Shown here: piece by piece, positions 1-12,069 of the stretch
Numbering within the stretch: position 1 is the first letter of the stretch
Layout: every line of letters begins with the position of its first letter
Source: Octopus vulgaris
Taxonomy: Eukaryota
NCBI GenBank assembly: GCA_951406725.2
Contig: OX597827.1
Location: 73,780,001-73,844,000 of the forward strand
Reading direction: 5' to 3'
Length of the DNA stretch: 64,000 nucleotides
Notes under the pieces: model-generated
Database searches by the model: none
The model's input: only the letters and a program-made list of their open reading frames with translations
What the model was told of the DNA's origin: nothing
Made by a program: the position numbers and the translations under genes

Positions 1-49
1 ACAATTCTTAACATAATGCATGAACAGAACCCCTTTCCTCTGTTCACCG
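1..49 (+). CDS. Partial exon of receptor PTP gene, start of distal PTP domain (TILNIMHEQNPFPLFT, phase-1 donor)
   Basis: Open frame from base 1 ending at G|gtatga. The phase matches the next exon's acceptor, and the position is equivalent to the KNR...ILP exon end of RPTP genes. The motif match is weak. Confidence 0.5.
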
Positions 50-1667
50 GTATGAGATATAGTAATCACAGTCTCATTACTATCAATTGTATTTTTACTA
101 TTATTTTAACGTGGAAAATTTTCATTAACTTTTAGTACATACTTTTATTGTAAGTAAAATATATTAGTATTCGATAGAAATGCATAAGTGCAATTTTTAT
201 TAATATATCAATGTCATCTGAAACATTCACTATTATCAGGACCTTATAAATATTTTGACACATGTACATTCATGTAACTGTTAATACGCATTTCGGTAAA
301 GAAACATTAACTTTTCAAAGTTGTACAGACTGGCAATATATAGATATTGGTAATTGACTCGACACATGTACGTATAGAATACTAATTCTACCGAACAGAT
401 TTTGACGAAAAGAAACGTTAGCTCTAATGAAAAAATGAAAGTTAAAAATTGAATAATGTAAAATAAAGAAACTCACGATATTTTCTCTTGCGCAACCAAC
501 TACGCAATTTTGAGGGGAGGAGAGCAAGTGAACTACATTGATGGGACTAGTACTTTATTTTTCCCAACCCGAAAATGATAAAAGACAAAGTTGACCTCAG
601 TGACATGTGAAATCTGAATGCGTCAAAGATTGCACCAGATAACCTCCTGAACAGTTTTACAGCACAAATTATTAATATGTACAGTTCTCTCATTTGCTAT
701 AAATTGTGGACGAATTAATGTAATAGTAATATACTTTTCCTCCCTATATTCCCAGTTAATTTCCATAGATATGTTTAATTTTAATTTCTTCTCTAAATCA
801 ATAATCATCTGACTTTTCCAATCAATTTTTCAGTCAGTGCTCACATCGAATCCTGAGAACATCCTGTGCAAAGTTTTCACAGATTTAGAATATTGTCACA
901 ACATCTCTAGTGTTATATAATAACATATCGTAATATAAGCAAGTACAACATAGCAGATTCGAGACATTGAATCATTTTGAATCCTCAAAACATATAGCAA
1001 TGATGTTTTTAAGCCATAGTTAGTAACAAGTGCTGCACTTTATGAAACCGTCATGCTTCTCGTCACACGTCTCTGTTCTTGTAAGAAAAGAATAGTATGT
1101 TTGTGATGATGCACCAAAGGACAAATCGTTGATGCATAGGCTAACCAGTTTGCTGGGGTTTTCGTTGAAATTTGTAATGATATATTCTAATAACAAGTGA
1201 CAACGTGATCTTCAGCGTCAAGAATACCAAGATCCCTAGTAATTCTTCGAGATAAGATTTGCACAATGTACCATCCGAAGAGAAAACCTACACTTTCTAC
1301 TTTCAGAGCTCAATTTCACCATTTATCTTTTTACTAAGACAAATATGTTCATTGTTATGTTGGGCTTGGTATAAACAAGATCAAAGAAATATTTTCTACG
1401 TTTCTGATGAAACAATATCTTCTTTTTATCAGTATTCAGATTTGCTTTTAAATAACATCGTGACTAAAACATTTTCAGCAAAGCTTAATACATTAAGAAT
1501 ATACTTTATAACTGAATAAGTTTTAACATGTTACACGTATAGTGACGATCAGCATGCATACCTCTGTTCTATTTGAAACTGGACCTTGTATGCATAATAA
1601 TTCTAAAAATCTATTTTATGAAATTCAATAATACAGGTATTTATCATGCTCTATGTTAATTTTCTAG

Positions 1668-1752
1668 AAAATAATCGTTTTACTTTGGTTTGTTTTTTTC
1701 ATAAATGGAAGATGAGTTAGCGAAATTCAATATGAACGGGGTATTCATCGAT
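1668..1752 (+). CDS. RPTP exon (ENNRFTLVCFFHK / MEDELAKFNMNGVFID) with apparent 1-nt frameshift
   Basis: ttttctag acceptor and GAT|gtaagt donor. MNGVFID corresponds to the PTP YINAxFxD motif. The 85-nt length is one base short of a phase 1-to-0 exon. Confidence 0.65.
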
Positions 1753-2376
1753 GTAAGTAAATTATTATTTTTCTTTTAAACTTTCAACACTCGCTTCTCT
1801 TCTGCATAAGTTAAACTTTTCTTCTCCCTCGTTTATTGATATTTTTACTTCTGTATGATGGTAAATCCGAAAATAGTTAAATAAAATTAAAACGTATATT
1901 ACATACCTTCATTTCGAATTCTTCTTTTTTTGATATTATTTTACTTGAAGAAAATAGTTCCTGGCTACAATAAATGAATATAGGTAACAAAATTAGAGAT
2001 TCATTCACTCCTATCGTTTACAGCATTACTGAGTTTAACATAACCTCTCAAATATCTCCCTCATTAACCTATACTCTTTCCATCTAAAGGCATCGTCATA
2101 AAATATTCCAACAATCTTTAATACCTAAATCATCAGTTGTTTCGCTTTAATATTATTTTCTGAGAGCAGAACAATTTCAAATATAGAGATTTGTCAGATC
2201 TCCGTTGATTCAGGTGATAGGTTATGGTCATATCAGTGCCTAAATAAAACGCTTCTATGCTGTCATCACTTTGCCCATCGTATATGTGTAATTTATATAC
2301 ATATTCCTGTTACAAACACGGGTCCTTTATCCATGCACATTACGAACGAATCTGTTTCTTTGAATATATATATATA

Positions 2377-2448
<72 letters not shown>

Positions 2449-2456
2449 ATATATAT

Positions 2457-3092
2457 CTACGGAGCAAATAATTCAGAAGAAAATATTTGCGAAGTTATTA
2501 TTAACTCTATTATTGTATAGTGTAACAATTTCAAAATGACAACACAATTAATAATATAGGCGATTGCAAGCCCCCAAAAGTCATTAAATAGCGAAGGATA
2601 AAAATTAATCAAAGGACATACTAAGTATGGATACCTGCTGGATGTAACTGTCAAATCTCTTATTTAAATCGCTAAAATACACTATTTTTAGCAACATAAA
2701 TCAACCAAATGTTACACTAGATAATAATAGTCAATGATATCTTCGCAAATATTTTCTCTTGAATTATTTGTTCTGTGTTGAAATTATTTTCACAATGGTG
2801 GCTGCCATGATTCGGCGCAAAACGATTCAGTTGCAGCGTAGACTTCAACGTGACGGGTTGGGGCTCTCCTTCATGGTAACGCGTGCTGAGGGAGGTGAGA
2901 CTATATTGCCAGTCCAGAAACCGGTCCACGTGAGTCCAAATACTTGAATTATGCTGAAAGATTGTCTTAGCCCGTTTGCCTTCGGGCGGTTGATCTCTGT
3001 AGTTATTATCAGTGTATCATGGCGATTCAAATATGAGTTTGACTGTCATTTCCAGCAGGTAGACATATATAGTATGTCCTTTGATTAATTAA
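2457..3092. mobile_element. Penelope-LTR-like repeat, two partly inverted copies, with a degenerate hammerhead near 2880-2932
   Basis: 2457-2515 is the inverse of 2717-2778, and 2603-2660 is the inverse of 3030-3092. Contains cgcgtg CTGAGG...GAAAC CG GTC cacgtg. Confidence 0.5.
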
Positions 3093-3728
3093 TCTATATA
3101 TATAAAACTGTAGTTGTGTGAGTGTCTGTCCCCTTCGATTTAGATTCCTAACTACTCCCACATTTCGCGGTCCAGTTTAACCAAATTCGGGTATCTTATA
3201 GTCGTGATTCATATCGAGCCCGTCTGAGTATTAGCGCGCATCTACGATGAGTCTACGATTTTAAAAATAATTTAACATAATTTTTTATTCCATTTTAATG
3301 CATATTTTTTCGTGTGTCGATGGCGGCGGAGTTGGCGTCCACGCTCACACCTGCACCTGTGGGGAAGGGAGTGTAAGGAAATCAACGTCGTAATGCGTTG
3401 TCAAGGAGACCAGCGTTCTTTTAGAACAACGACTTCATGGCTTGAAGACACCAAAACAGAAATGGCTAAGAAAGCGTCTACATGAGTCTACGATTTAAAA
3501 AAATTTTACCACCATTTTTTTCCATTTTAATGCATTTTTTCGCTATTATATAAGGGAAGTAACTCTCTAAAAATGTCTACGATGAGTCAACGGTTTAAAA
3601 AAAAAATTACCATCATTTTTTATTCCATTTTTAATGCATTTTTTGCTATTTCTTTGCTATAACTCTCTAAAAATGCTTATATAGTTATTTCCCTTACAAA
3701 CCCGAGCAACGCCGGGCGATACTGCTAG
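3093..3728 (+). mobile_element. Non-autonomous Helitron
   Basis: A|TCTATATATATAAAA 5' end, subterminal cccgagcaacgccggg hairpin, CTAG|T 3' end, no TSD, internal repeated blocks. Confidence 0.85.
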
Positions 3729-3958
3729 TTATATATATGCATGTGTGTGTGTAAGCTTGTGTGTATTTGTATCACTCTGTATCGTATGTGTGTACGTATA
3801 TTAGTGCTACACTTGAGATTTTGGGAAGACGTCTCTCACATAAAAAAGGTACTTTGTTGCAGTAAGACATAATACAACATGAGGCGATAATAGTTCTCCC
3901 TTTTCTTTGCTTGGTTTCTTTGTTTTATAATTATCTTTCGTTTTTTTTATGTATATAG

Positions 3959-4084
3959 GGGCCTTCGTGTGAAAATGAATTTCTTGTAACGGAAATACCA
4001 GAAGAAGGTAAAACAGTATATTTCCTGAAATGCCTGATCAACAAAGGTTATCTCAATATCGTAGCATTCTTTGATCCAAGTGGG
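3959..4084 (+). CDS. RPTP exon (GPSCENEFLVTEIPEEGKTVYFLKCLINKGYLNIVAFFDPSG)
   Basis: tatag acceptor, gtaagt donor, 126 nt, phase 0-0. Aligns with the PTP FIxTQxP...DFWxMV...IVML motifs. Confidence 0.88.
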
Positions 4085-4644
4085 GTAAGTCTATAAATGC
4101 TTTGTTTTCACAATATTTAAAGTTATCAATGACTATCATTGTTCCTAATTTATTGTCCAAATTGTAATAATTCCAGCAGTTTCTTTCTAGAGAGACTGTA
4201 CAAATTGAAAGCTGATGGCTTGATCGTTAATACTAACTTTATATTAGGCGGAGAATTTCAGGTTGTTAGTTATCAGATTTTGTTAGTAGAGTTGTGTCCC
4301 CATATTAATCTCCTAAATGTTATAAAAAATTGTAATATCAAACATCAGCAATAGTATATCGGAAGGGCAGTAAAACTGGACTCTATGGATGCAAACTGAA
4401 ATTAAAGCGGTAACAAAGAACAAAGGGCCAGCACGCAGTCCCGGTTGGTTAGCGCTCTCTTTTAAGGGATTCTCGTCTTTTGAGATAAATATGTGTTGAT
4501 AGGCTGTGCCAGTAACAGCTGAATATTTTATATTACGTCACAGGTTCTACGTTAATAGCAGCAACTGGAGTAAATGAAATACATTACATTACTCCAAACG
4601 GAATAAATCATTGTTATTTAATTACAGTTAATTACAGTAAATAA

Positions 4645-4860
4645 GGAGGTGAACAAGCGGAATCGTTAGCATATCGGACAAACTGATTAATGGTATTTGT
4701 TCTTGCTTTTATATTCTGTATTCAATCATCACTGAAATTAACTTTGCCTTCGATATTCTTGTGGGGTTGATAAAATAAAGTACTAGTCAAGTACTGGTGT
4801 CTTTCTAATGATTTAACTTTTCACCTAAAAATTGCTGCCCTTGTGTCAAAATTAGAAACA
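4645..4860 (+). mobile_element. Degenerate tRNA-derived SINE (abundant octopus-type family)
   Basis: gaatcgttagca...actttgcctt...gataaaataaagtactagtc core shared with other copies in the window. Confidence 0.65.
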
Positions 4861-5947
4861 TTTAATTACAACTCATACGACCGAAATCCACCCCAGATTT
4901 CTACAATGGGCTGTGACTCTTAGATACTTTTGATGTCTTGCGTTTTCAATATTTTAGGTAAACAGTCAACAAGAAACCACTCCCCCTCAGACGTAACTCA
5001 TTTTCTGTTGTGTAGACTTGATCAATGGGAAATGAATTGCTTTAGCCCTGGGGCCAGAATCCGCCCGTGTCTGGAACAGAAACTATGTCCATATTAAAAA
5101 AAATAGTAGGCCACACACCTTCATCATCTTAGAATACACAGTACTCGGCGTGCACAGAATTATGGGAATCACAGTGGAGTGATTTGGAATAATAGTAGCA
5201 ATTTTTATCTTCTTCCACCTTGCAATTACTGAAAAAATAAATTTATTGAGAAACGTAAATTACGGCAACAGATACTTTGTTGTACGGTAGATTGTATCAC
5301 ACTTTTAGCTTTAAATACCTTTTAAAATCAGCCCACCTGCAAGGTCAGTATAACAAATACCTTGTTTTCTTATAATTTAGTTATAGAAGAATGAATAGAA
5401 CCAATGATCTTTGCACGTTTTCCGAAAAGTGAACGGACTGGGCGAAGGATTTTGCACGTTTAGAATGTGAAACACTGCTTGACACACTACATATTTCACA
5501 CAAGAAATGCAGAAATATAGATGCATTCAAAGGAGAACAAGCGGAGAGCGGATGAAGGATATTAATTCAAGAGAGCAGAATGTCTTGTAGTACAGCAGAA
5601 GAGACAAAGGGGTGTTAAATGTTATGTGTTATCTGAAAATTACTTGGTAATAGGTTATCGCTAAACGAATCATTGCCGATTGTTTGAACGGCTTTAATTT
5701 TGGATGCAATGTAAGATGCTTGTGCTTAGTTGTTTCAGTGTTTCCTATAAAACAAGCGAATAACTTGTCTGTAACCATGTTGTAAATTTATTGTATAGGT
5801 GAAAGTGACCAAGTATATCAGCATTGAATAATCTCTTCAATGTTATTATTCAAAGAAAAAATGTCTGGAATCAATTATTTAGATATAGGGCGTATCGTGT
5901 CTCCGTCCACAACATTTAGGAGAAATCTGTGGTACAATCTCCATATA

Positions 5948-6019
5948 GGTGTGTGTGTGTGTTTGTTTGTGCGTGTGTTTGTTTGTGCGTGTGTGTGCAT
6001 GTGTGTGTGTGTGTGTGTG

Positions 6020-6070
<51 letters not shown>
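5948..6070. repeat. (TG)n microsatellite
   Basis: Direct reading. Confidence 0.95.
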
Positions 6071-6844
6071 TGTAGTCATTACTGTTTTAATTGTTGTTCT
6101 GTTGGACGTAGTAGTAAGATTTTTGGAATATTACCAGAATTTCATGTCAACCAGTATTAATAGACTAAGGCTTAGATGAAGACCCATAAACGCAAGTTGC
6201 ATAGGCGTGTCTATTCATTATGATTCTGATCCAAGAAAAGAGAAAATAATATAAATGAAAGAACAGTAACTTAACTTTTCACATGCAATACACAGTCGGC
6301 AGGAGAAACGTGTAATAATATTATTTTAGTGAACGTTCTGAAGCAATAACTGTGAGGTTATAAATAAGCGTACATATTTCTACTCCTTCTGAGGACAAAG
6401 TTTTGGCTGTCAAAAATGAAAATGTTCATCACGAGGAACGAGATTATTGTAAACAATTTTTCCTCTTAAGGTATTGAACTTGATAGTGACAATCAGTCGC
6501 TGTCTGAGTCGCAGAAAACGTGCTTTTATCAAAATAGGACAGACTGAAGCCTGTTGAGAGAGAGCGGCAGAGAGTAACTGGGGAAAGAGAGAGAGATAGA
6601 GAGAGAAAAGGGGAGATGTGAGAAAAAATTCGCTATAAACGAAGAAATTAAAAAGGCAGTGCAATGCGGAAACTAAGAAAAAAGAAACAAAAATACATAT
6701 CTAGCAGAAAATGTTTAAAATATTCTAATTATAAAAGTAAAACGAAATTTCAAAATATATTGATGAAATAATGTGAGAGGAAACCACATTCATAAAGCAA
6801 GAAAGAGTGGTACACTTCCAAGGGAAAAAAAGATAAGATACTCC

Positions 6845-7300
6845 TTTGTAAAATACCAATATTTTCATTTTGTTGCAATAGTATGAGATTGACATAACTG
6901 TATGAAGGTATAACTTGATGTGAATTAAGTCGATATCATGTTGGAAAGGAAAGCGTTTGATGTTTCTGGCAACGTACTTCTTCAGTAAAGAGAAAAAGTT
7001 GTGTTTTCTTTCTGATTGAGATGTTCTCTCATTTAATGATTGCAAATATTCAGATCTAAAACAAAATAGAAAGTTATGTCTAGAGGGGAAGTCCTGTTAC
7101 AGGTATATACCGTATTTAACTGTATCAATAAGACAGGAGGCACACCTCTTTTCTCTTTTCTGAAGAAGTACATTGCCCGAAATAGTCAAACGCTTTCCTT
7201 TCCAACATGATATTGACTTAATTCACTTCAAGTTATACCCGCATACAGATATGTCAATCCCATACTATTGCTACAATATGAAAATATTGGTATTTTATAA
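6845..7300. repeat. Imperfect inverted repeat (~150-bp arms), Penelope-LTR-like, with a degenerate hammerhead core
   Basis: 6845-6998 is the reverse complement of about 7148-7300. CTGAAGA...GAAATAGTC lies near 7159-7187. Confidence 0.65.
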
Positions 7301-7597
7301 ACATTTTCTAGTGTCTAATTAACCATTAAAAATTACAATTTTTTTCAAAATAATAGCTGATGACTTATAATATTCTGATTGGTGTGGGACGATTTCTGAG
7401 TATGTTATATGAGAGGAGTTTTTTTTTTAATAGCAAATTAATATTACGACATGACTACTTAAGGAGCAATTCAGTCAGCTATATAATGTAGAACTTTGCC
7501 GCATTAAACATTTCCCAACTTTGGTTGTAAATATATGAACACACTTATCATATAACATATTAACTGATATTAATATGTCTTCTTTTTCTCCACATAG

Positions 7598-7735
7598 GAT
7601 CCACCTAATTACTTGCCAAGAACACTGAACGAATCAATTAAACTGGGTCAGTATCTCATAGAACTAGTTAGTGTTGAGGATAAAGGTATATGTATACACA
7701 GTGCTTTAAAGGTTAGGTTCCATAACAAGAAAATG
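7598..7735 (+). CDS. RPTP exon (DPPNYLPRTLNESIKLGQYLIELVSVEDKGICIHSALKVRFHNKKM)
   Basis: Polypyrimidine tract plus catag acceptor, gtaagt donor, 138 nt, phase 0-0. NYLP corresponds to the QYWP motif and is followed by the GxyxIexv strand. Confidence 0.88.
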
Positions 7736-8174
7736 GTAAGTGTTTAGTTTTTCAGACGTTTATAATATGATTCCACTTTTGAAAAGAAAATTATAGCATA
7801 ATGAAAGCAATATCTTACGTTCCAATTTGTATTATATTCTATTATAGTTTGTTGAGTCATGATAACAACCCAAAAATTACATTTTGTCGACGTGGAGAAA
7901 ACCAAGAAAAATCATACAATGAAACAGGGTACGTTATGTAGCGGTAGAATATATTGATGTTCGGGAGAAACAACCAAAAATATTGTATTCGGTACCGCAG
8001 TCTTAGACAATAATGAATAAAACTAGATACCTAGATGTTATTATAGCATTACGAAATACAAAAAAATAAGAACTATTATAATCATACACCAGAGATTGAC
8101 AACCATTTACCTAGAATATGCTAGATATTGATGTAAAGGTTCGCCAGAGAAGGATATACATCTTAATCAATTTC

Positions 8175-8213
<39 letters not shown>

Positions 8214-8294
8214 TATATGTATGTATATAGTATATATATGTATATGTATGCATGTATGTATATATATAAATATATATATGTGTATGTATGTATG

Positions 8295-8375
<81 letters not shown>

Positions 8376-8379
<4 letters not shown>

Positions 8380-8825
8380 AAAATATTATTAGAGACAAAA
8401 CCACTATTTTGCAACACAAACAAGGAAAGCCTTAATCAATACATAAAATTTTAATAAATAGTCAAAAAAACCGCCACTACAATCGTTTCTTGTCTTGATC
8501 GACAATCTTCAGGTGGACTTCCAATCTAAAAAATCAAAATTTTAAAATATAAAAATAATAATTTTTATATTTTAAAATTTTGATTTTTTAGATTGGAAGT
8601 CCACCTGAAGATTGTCGATCAAGACAAGAAACGATTGTAGTGGCGGTTTTTTTGACTATTTATTAAAATTTTATGTATTGATTAAGGCTTTCCTTGTTTG
8701 TGTTGCAAAATAGTGGTTTTGTCTCTAATAATATTTTATAATATTTTACTATAAAATTGGATTTAATCCTAAATCTGATTTTTTCCCTGTAAATTTGGAT
8801 TTATTCCCTAATATTTATTATTATT
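8376..8825. mobile_element. Penelope-type LTR inserted as a near-perfect palindrome inside (TA)n
   Basis: Arms of ~180 bp around a centre near 8558. Each arm carries a hammerhead motif. Same family as 32545-33120. Confidence 0.8.
8601..8643 (+). ncRNA. Minimal type-I hammerhead ribozyme motif (mirror copy at 8474-8516, minus strand)
   Basis: ccac CTGAAGA ttgtc-gatcaa-gacaa GAAAC gatt GTA gtgg: stems I, II and III all pair around the canonical core. Confidence 0.8.
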
Positions 8826-8889
8826 ATATGTATATATATATATTATATATATATACATATATATATATATAAATATATATATATATAAA

Positions 8890-10035
8890 ATTGGCAAATG
8901 TTGGAATCCGTGGAAAACTTCTACACTGGATTAAGTATTTCCTGACGAATAGAACACAACATGCTGTAGTTGGTGGAGTCCACTCAAGCCCAGCAAAAGT
9001 CACCAGCGGTGTCCCCATGGGACTGTCTTGGGCCCGCTACTCTTTATAATTTACATAAACGAACTTTCCAGTGTCGTACACGACTGCAAAGTGAAAATAT
9101 TTGCTGATGTCACTAAGCTCCAGCAAATCATCAATGAAGAAGCAGACCGAACTCAACTCCAGTCTGATGTATATGCTGTGAGTCAATGGGCAGACAGAAA
9201 CAAAATGAAACTGAACGAGGGAAAATTTGAGCTAATGCATTTTGGAAGAAATTTCTCAATAAAACAGCCATACTCTCTTCCTTCAGAGGAACCGCTCACA
9301 GCCTCTAACAATATCAGACACCTGGGTGTAATTGTTGATGACGATCTCAGTTGGAGTGCACACATCAACAAGAAGGTCGATATAGCTCGTAGGATGAGTT
9401 CTTGGATCTTAAGAACTTTCCGGTACAGAGAACAAGGTGTCACCATACCACTTGTTTCTTCCTTTGTGCGGCCACAACTCGAATACCGCTGTCCATACAA
9501 GACAAAGCATCTCGAGGTTTGAAACACCCCAGAGGGCATTCACTAAACGAATTGAAGGCATGGCTGCTCTCGATTATTGGGACTGCCTTAAAGCCTTGGA
9601 ACTCTACTCTCTCCAGCGTCGCCGTGAGCGGTACATCATTTGTACGATGTGGAGAATATACCGCCAACTTTTCCCGAACGACCTGAATATTAGCTTAAAT
9701 GTTCATCCAAGACTGGGACCACGGGCCATACGTCCCCTACCCAATTCAAGATCATAGCATACATGTACACTGCAACATAATTTCTTTTCCTCAACAGGCC
9801 CTGCCTTATTTAACATTGTCCCAAAAGAGATCAAAGAGGAAAAGGATCCCATCAACTTTAAACGGAGTCTGGATCGATTCCTTCAAGAAATACCAGATAA
9901 GCCACCCATAATTGGACACAACTCACCCAACAAAAACTCACTACTTGAATGGACCATAAACAAAACTTGACTTAAACAGGATTTATATAATCCTATCGGA
10001 TGGTGCTATTAAGTTAGACATGGCCTGGACCAATA
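8890..10035 (+). mobile_element. 5'-truncated CR1/L2-like LINE (RT 3' part), frameshifted
   Basis: GIRGKLLHWIKYFLTNRTQ...TSGVP, GPLLFIIYIN, IFADVTKL, HLGVIVD, LYSLQRRRER. Confidence 0.9.
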
Positions 10036-10121
10036 TATAAATGGATGAATGAATTATCCTTTGTTTACCGTTAACATGGAAAATTCAATAAACCGTTACC
10101 AGGTTAGCAAACTTCTCTTTC

Positions 10122-10201
10122 TTTCCTGATGAGAAGATTGCATTTTACACCGTTTATTCCTTTGGAATGAAGCCATGTAGTCTTCGAAACATATGTCGAA
10201 A
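10122..10201 (+). ncRNA. Type-I hammerhead ribozyme motif with long stem II
   Basis: tttc CTGATGA gaagattgcat...atgtagtcttc GAAAC atat GTC gaaa. Stem III region is palindromic (ACATATGT). Confidence 0.7.
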
Positions 10202-11099
10202 GTAAAAGAATTTTAATAACATCTTCGTTCAACTCTATTTAAATATATATAATATATATATATATATATAATGTGGAGATGAAAATAAACAAAGAACAAA
10301 TCCTATAATAATAACTATATGAATGATTATAAAAGGTGCAGAAAAATAACTAACCAACTGTTAAAATTTATAGATATACACAACTCTGAAAAAATGGCAC
10401 CACTCTGCACTATGCATTTGTGGCAGCATTTTTCCTTTCATTTTCTTCTGTTCTTTGATGTCTTGCAAGTTACATGGAAGCCTCGCTAATACTAGTGGCA
10501 AGGAAGAAGCACACATTACTTTCTATAAAGTGGTTGGCGTTAGGAATGTCATCTAGCCGTAGAAACCATTCCAAAAATAGCTTCAGAACTCGACGCATTC
10601 CTGCAGCTCGCCACGTTCCTGCCAAAGAGATCAACACTTATCAACATAGAAAGGAGATGTTAAATAACGATGTGTAGGTGTGTGTGTGTGTGTGCACACA
10701 CACACAACTATCTGATCTTTAGGCATGAAATAATATAGTCACATATATTCAATCATTTTCAAAATACACTGCTTCAGTGCTACCACACATGCTGGTTACT
10801 TTGACTACTTATATATCTGTATCCTTCTTACTTTCACCGTCATTACAACTTCACAATTATCTGTACGCCTTTTAACGCGACATCATTTCACTGCGAACTG
10901 CTAAAGATTCAAAGCAGTATTCGTGAACTGAATTCAAGCTCTTCATGTCTTCATTTTTCGTTACCTGAAGTGAATTTTAAAGTCACTGTAAGCATGTAGT
11001 AAATACACTCCTTCAATTCTATTTTTTCAAGTAGGTATTATATTGACATTTTTTAACGTACCAATCATACTTCTCTCCGAAAAAACAGCTCCCTCAGCT

Positions 11100-12010
11100 G
11101 TTTAATAAAATAAACACGTAGAGAGACAGTTTCAACGTCTACCTTCAATTTCCTTACACGATTTATGTGGCTGATTCTGACAAGAAATTTCGCTTTCAAG
11201 AAAAACAACTATATTTTGAAGCCGTTATCCGTAATCTACTCCCAAAACACTTCTGTAGTTCTACGTTGCATCACTTGCAAACTTAAATGTTCTATGATCA
11301 GCTTTAGCAATGGTTTTCATACGCCTAGCTTCTTTCTGTGCTTACTTCCAGTACGTCTGATTCTGGGATTTGTTCTATTTGGAATTCGCTTAGATATTTC
11401 CTTGCCTGTTTTGTTTTTCTTTTCTTTTCTTTTTTTCTGTTTTGAGTATACGGTTCTTTTGTTTTGAGACGCGTTTTAGCATTCACAAATCAGAAATTTT
11501 CAGGCAACTTTTTAGGCCAATTGTGTAAACCTTCATTGTCAATTGCAGTTGTCAGAGTCCACGGCCACCTTCTTTTCTTGGCAAGTAAAGTTTTCTACAT
11601 CTGCCTTAGGATTGTGCATTCTTTTCATTGTAAACTTTGCTTATTTTTCTCTCAAGCTTACATATTTCAATAAATTAATATTGAAACTGTAATTAATTTC
11701 CTATCTGGTTCATGTTTTGATCGTTTCTCTCTTGTTTCTTTCATCAGCTCTGTATCGAGCATTGCCCTTACCTTTCGATAACACTTTCCTGATATTTTCC
11801 TTCATCATTGAATGTTTAATTGCATAATCTTCAAGCACCCCTAGATGTTTTTAGTCCCCTCTAATTCTAACTCCTTTATGATATTCTCTTGGTCAAGTTT
11901 AATGATGGATGTTTCAGTAATTTTCCCTCTAATAAAAGTAGCTTGTGCACATTTATCTAAGGCAAATTCCATCTGATGTCATCACTGAACTGTTTTACAA
12001 TTACTGCTCC
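11100..12010 (-). mobile_element. Degenerate R4/Dong-like non-LTR retrotransposon fragment
   Basis: Minus-strand DKCAQATFIRGKITETSIIKLDQENIIKELE followed by a KYLGV-like segment; many stops. Confidence 0.6.
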
Positions 12011-12069
12011 GTAGTTGCTCGTCATTATCATTATTGTTGTTGTTGCTATTGTTCTTTTTGGTTTTTGTT

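Noticed and set aside
1259-1519. 86-aa ORF as an extra RPTP exon
   Set aside because: No PTP motif, and the exons at 1-49 and 1668-1752 already join in a compatible phase.
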